Below are positions 25,266-28,669 of a stretch of 28,669 nt of DNA, piece by piece; within the stretch, counting starts at the first letter, position 1; each line of letters starts with the position of its first letter. Source of the stretch: a virus. Taxonomy: Duplodnaviria; Caudoviricetes. The translations under genes and the position numbers were made by a program. The notes beneath the pieces were generated by a model. That model ran no database searches and was not told the DNA's origin. It saw nothing but the letters and a program-made list of their open reading frames with translations. Location of the stretch: the IMG/VR virus record IMGVR_UViG_3300020045_004541, positions 1 through 28,669 of that record. One strand, given 5' to 3'.

Positions 25266-25607
25266 ATGCCTAGTTATTTTGGTAATATCCAAACACCTGT
25301 ATCAGACTTCTATGACCTTCTGTTGGCTAGGTATTATGGAAGACACTTTGAGTCTAGCTATGAAGGCATAACACTCAGGATGTATAACTGGAATGGTGAA
25401 TATTATGTGGAGGAGGTATATGATATGACTAGAGAAGAAGCAAAGAACAACCTAGAGCAAGGCAAAACTATAATTGTCGCTGGTGCTTGGTATAATACCA
25501 AGCACAGTATGGATTGTTATGAAGGTTGCTGTAATGAGTCTTTCAGTAACATAGAAGAGTGTCTGGATTATCTAGAAGGTGACTTAGACGAAGCAGTGGT
25601 GATGTAG
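25266..25607 (+). CDS. Hypothetical protein
   Basis: 113 aa; internal GGAGGAGG before an in-frame Met. Confidence 0.5.
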   Translation: MPSYFGNIQTPVSDFYDLLLARYYGRHFESSYEGITLRMYNWNGEYYVEEVYDMTREEAKNNLEQGKTIIVAGAWYNTKHSMDCYEGCCNESFSNIEECLDYLEGDLDEAVVM

Positions 25608-25628
25608 GACAAAAACAGGAGAGTATTT

Positions 25629-25841
25629 ATGACAACAAGTATTACAGTGGCAGATGGTAAGTACACAGTCACTCATGACAATGGAGCTAACCTTAAATCT
25701 TTACGTTATGGGGAAGAGTGGAGAGACTTGGTGGGAGATGGGTTAGTGTTGGCTCTTGTACAAGAAATTGAAAGATTACAAGAGAAGATTGAGGATATTG
25801 AGTATAGAGCTTGGGAACTCAGTTTAGGGGATGATCTATGA
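25629..25841 (+). CDS. Conserved small phage protein
   Basis: DGKYTV...LRYGEEWRDL; AGGAG RBS. Confidence 0.65.
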   Translation: MTTSITVADGKYTVTHDNGANLKSLRYGEEWRDLVGDGLVLALVQEIERLQEKIEDIEYRAWELSLGDDL

Positions 25842-26035
25842 CTTTAAATAGAAAACCAAAACTTCGATTAGAGAATGGTAAGTGGAAGTGTGGTAGGATG
25901 TATCTTGTAGATGGCACTTACTTCGGAGTACGATCTACTACTGGTGTAGGGGATACTCCAGAAGAGGCTTATATGGATTGGTTGAGGAGGAACCTAAGTT
26001 ATGAAGAAGAAAGACCTAGTAGAGCTATTAAGTAA
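25838..26035 (+). CDS. Hypothetical protein
   Basis: ATGA overlap; GDTPEEAY motif. Confidence 0.55.
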   Translation: MTLNRKPKLRLENGKWKCGRMYLVDGTYFGVRSTTGVGDTPEEAYMDWLRRNLSYEEERPSRAIK

Positions 26036-26216
26036 GTATCCAGATGATATCGAAATAGTGGTGGCACAATATAGCGATTTCGTTAAATTAGATGAATCTA
26101 GTGTTTATGAGGTGGATGCAGTAGACAAAGGGTGCTGGGTAATGGGGGCACATAATTCTATGAGTGAAGAGAATAAGCAACAACAGAAGAGTTTCTTATT
26201 GGTTGGTGGGTATTGA
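26001..26216 (+). CDS. Hypothetical protein
   Basis: MKKKDLVELLSKYPDD; GAGGAGG upstream. Confidence 0.6.
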   Translation: MKKKDLVELLSKYPDDIEIVVAQYSDFVKLDESSVYEVDAVDKGCWVMGAHNSMSEENKQQQKSFLLVGGY

Positions 26217-26296
26217 TATGACAATGATTCCATATCTTGCTTGAGGAGGTGATGCCTTTTGACAAACAACAATGCCTACTGTTTGCCAATGTGTGA

Positions 26297-26315
26297 GGGG
26301 AGCAATTAGCTCCCC
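26297..26315. terminator. Hairpin at the convergence of the two transcription arms
   Basis: GGGGAGC-AATTA-GCTCCCC. Confidence 0.55.
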
Positions 26316-26470
26316 ATTAACTGACGCTCTTTGAAGTATTCATCAATAATCCAAGCTATTGTTTGAAACTCCTTCTTGGTTAGTTGTTCATTATCTATGT
26401 GATACTTAAAAGCATCAATGTATTCTTTAACGATGTTATCGTCTTCTAATGTGTACACTGGTTCAATCAT
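26306..26470 (-). CDS. Hypothetical protein (54 aa)
   Basis: MIEPVYTLEDDNIVKEYIDAF...; overlaps the upstream stop. Confidence 0.5.
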   Translation of the reverse strand: MIEPVYTLEDDNIVKEYIDAFKYHIDNEQLTKKEFQTIAWIIDEYFKERQLMGS

Positions 26471-26960
26471 TTTTAGCTTTACCTAAGAATTTAAAACATT
26501 TATGCATTATTGCTAAGTCAGAAGACCCATACTGTTCCTTGTCACCCTGCTGTAATACCAAAGTCCAATCAGAGAATTTTGTATCTTCTGAGGGTAAGAC
26601 TCTGTTGTGTAATTTCCCAAACTCCACAAAAGAAAAGATAAACTCCTCCTCTTGTAGCAGAGCTTCATCCTCTGTTAGATTATCCTCAGTACGAAACACA
26701 GAAAAGGACTTTCCAGAGAACCAATCTCTGTTCAACTCTCTGCACGAAGAGATTCCGCTGATTGTATGCTTCCACCTATCGCCAGTACCCTTACCTATGT
26801 AAGCCATTTCACCATCAACCAGACAGAAGTAAACATAGTATCGAAGATTAGCTGCTACTTCTTCCTGCCTAATTGTTCTTGCCAATTCAGCTTGTTTACT
26901 TTTAAGCTTGCCTTCAAGAGATTCAACTTCTCGTTTTAATGTATCAATCTTACTTACCAT
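26463..26960 (-). CDS. GIY-YIG nuclease-domain protein with N-terminal coiled coil
   Basis: YYVY...YIGKGTGDRW.H...E motif. Confidence 0.75.
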   Translation of the reverse strand: MVSKIDTLKREVESLEGKLKSKQAELARTIRQEEVAANLRYYVYFCLVDGEMAYIGKGTGDRWKHTISGISSCRELNRDWFSGKSFSVFRTEDNLTEDEALLQEEEFIFSFVEFGKLHNRVLPSEDTKFSDWTLVLQQGDKEQYGSSDLAIMHKCFKFLGKAKND

Positions 26961-28206
26961 TTACCCAACTCTCTAATAAATTTCGCATACGTTCACTGAT
27001 AATAAGAACTTTCATTGGCTTCCCTTGTCGAATACAACCCCTCCACAAGAACTGCACCATCATACTTGTAGCATAATGATCCTGATCGAATGTGACACCC
27101 TTGGATTCTAGGTAGCTTGTCTCTGTTGGTGTCTTGAAGACGTTAACTGCATACATACAAGCTTTGTAGTCTCTGTAGTCATTTGTAGCTTTTGTATTCC
27201 AAGCCAAGAAAGGGGACAACCCATCTTTAGGCACTCTAGTGTAACCAATACCTTCCAACTTACTTTTCCTATTCAAGAAGGTAGTCCAAAAGACATCACC
27301 CGCTCTAAGTTTATGAGTATTCAAGAAAGCCTCCATGACACGTTTAATACCCTGATACTGTTCTTTTGTAGCTTTCTTCTCAAACCAGTTGACACCAAGG
27401 GAGCTTCCTGATAACTTCATATCCTTGAGCATCTTAGATGTTACAATAGTCAGGTTCTCCCTAATCATATCCATAACTATCTGGTTATCCATCAAACCGA
27501 AAGCAACAGGGTCAATGTACTCGTAAGGGAGGTTGTTAATCTTCAACCAGCCTGACATAATACTACCTTCAAACATGTAGGTCACTATCAGTACATCAGA
27601 CAGCATCTCTAAAAGCTTTGGTGGGTACTCCCAAACCAACACCTCATCATTGTGCCAGTAAAGACTACCAAGAGCACATAACTCCTTGACTTCTAAAAAC
27701 TTACCATCATAATCCTCAGTAGTGAACTGATCACCATTCCAGACAATCCTGCCACCCTCCTCCTTGACAATCACACCAGTATTAAGCATAATGTCAATAT
27801 CACTCTTCTTGACTTCCTTGTAAGTTGTTATTGCATCGACAGCCTCATCAATAATCAAATGATAGTTATTATCAACAAGTAGCTGAACAACCTCTAAGTC
27901 AAACATACCAAACAGGGAATGTGTAGAAGAGATATTACAACCAAGCTTAATCAGACGCTTCAACCCTTCCAGCTTACCCTCGCCAGTATTCTTTGGCATT
28001 CTAAATTTCATTTCAGGTAGTTCTTTTTGAATCCTACCTTCTATCCCAGAGTTACCATCCCCAACCTCCTGTAGAAACAATCCTACGTACAGGAACTTCT
28101 TATCAGGGTGTTCTTTAGAAATATCCCTCATCATATTAAAAACACCTGTTGTCTTTCCTGTACCCATAACACTATCTAACACCTTAATCATGCTCTTACT
28201 CTTCAC
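26950..28206 (-). CDS. SF2 (DEAD-like) helicase-related protein, possible origin-binding/replication protein
   Basis: DSVMGTGKT, IIDEA, QFLWRGCIR motifs. Confidence 0.75.
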   Translation of the reverse strand: MKSKSMIKVLDSVMGTGKTTGVFNMMRDISKEHPDKKFLYVGLFLQEVGDGNSGIEGRIQKELPEMKFRMPKNTGEGKLEGLKRLIKLGCNISSTHSLFGMFDLEVVQLLVDNNYHLIIDEAVDAITTYKEVKKSDIDIMLNTGVIVKEEGGRIVWNGDQFTTEDYDGKFLEVKELCALGSLYWHNDEVLVWEYPPKLLEMLSDVLIVTYMFEGSIMSGWLKINNLPYEYIDPVAFGLMDNQIVMDMIRENLTIVTSKMLKDMKLSGSSLGVNWFEKKATKEQYQGIKRVMEAFLNTHKLRAGDVFWTTFLNRKSKLEGIGYTRVPKDGLSPFLAWNTKATNDYRDYKACMYAVNVFKTPTETSYLESKGVTFDQDHYATSMMVQFLWRGCIRQGKPMKVLIISERMRNLLESWVNGK

Positions 28207-28239
28207 TTTTCTGTAGTTAATAAAATATCTTCTAATACA

Positions 28240-28268
28240 ATTATACCATCATTATCCTAAAAAGTCAA
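28240..28268 (-). promoter_or_regulatory. sigma70-type promoter of the helicase-like gene
   Basis: TTGACT-17 nt-TATAAT with extended TG. Confidence 0.8.
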
Positions 28269-28284
28269 GTGTTATTTTAGGATA
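28253..28284. repeat. 10-bp perfect inverted repeat flanking the -35 box
   Basis: TATCCTAAAA (28253-28262) / TTTTAGGATA (28275-28284). Confidence 0.75.
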
Positions 28285-28574
28285 TTTTATATCAATCCTA
28301 AATATACTTCGGATTGCTCTATGTAAGTGATTGATTTAACTGAATATAAAACGTCTTCCTGTAAAGAGAATTCCCCCTACTATAAGGGGAGAGTAATAGG
28401 TATAGGGTAATAGATATTGCCAATTGCCATAATTCCCTCCTCACAATTTTACCATTTCCCCTGTAAATCCACTCTTAAAATATGCCTATCCAAAATATCT
28501 ATTTTATAGAAATATCTTATTAGACAAATACTTACACTTCTGAAATTACCATATCTACAGTCGAGGTGCTTAAC

Positions 28575-28603
28575 ACCATACCCTATCTAAATTCATAAGT
28601 CAA
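28575..28603 (-). promoter_or_regulatory. Possible sigma70-type promoter
   Basis: TTGACT-17 nt-TATGGT. Confidence 0.4.
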
Positions 28604-28669
28604 GCATTATTCTCCATTATCTTAGATTATTTCCTTATAGTTAGTATAATTAATCAATATATGTAATAT

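Noticed and set aside
26218-26308. Micro-ORFs near a GGAGGTG motif
   Set aside because: Under 20 codons with an ambiguous start; could be decayed gene remnants
1-28669. CRISPR array, retron/DGR, integrase or IS element
   Set aside because: No regularly spaced direct repeats, reverse transcriptase, recombinase or transposase seen by eye

Overview
AT-rich fragment of a tailed dsDNA phage genome. Gene order and content resemble FelixO1/rV5/PAK_P1-type myoviruses; the host cannot be determined from the sequence. The left ~10 kb (minus strand) is the head/packaging module: terS, a free-standing HNH, terL, portal, S49 prohead protease/scaffold, head decoration protein, major capsid protein and head completion proteins. 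Both terL and portal are split by group I introns. The terL intron has no ORF and sits inside the Walker A motif; the portal intron encodes a GIY-YIG endonuclease. From 10.36 to 12.25 kb there are two tRNA-Ser genes, an HNH-AP2 gene and a run of unassigned structured RNA modules, including a ~270-nt multi-stem RNA. Divergent sigma70-type promoters at ~15.1 kb separate small leftward genes and a second ~370-nt ORF-free structured transcript from a rightward arm. That arm encodes PhoH, ClpP-like and HslV/proteasome-beta-like proteases, dCMP deaminase, an Rnl5-type RNA ligase, a nucleotidyltransferase and many small hypothetical proteins. The right end holds a GIY-YIG protein, an SF2-helicase-like protein and an AT-rich repeat-containing region that could be an origin. 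All RNA structures were folded by eye.
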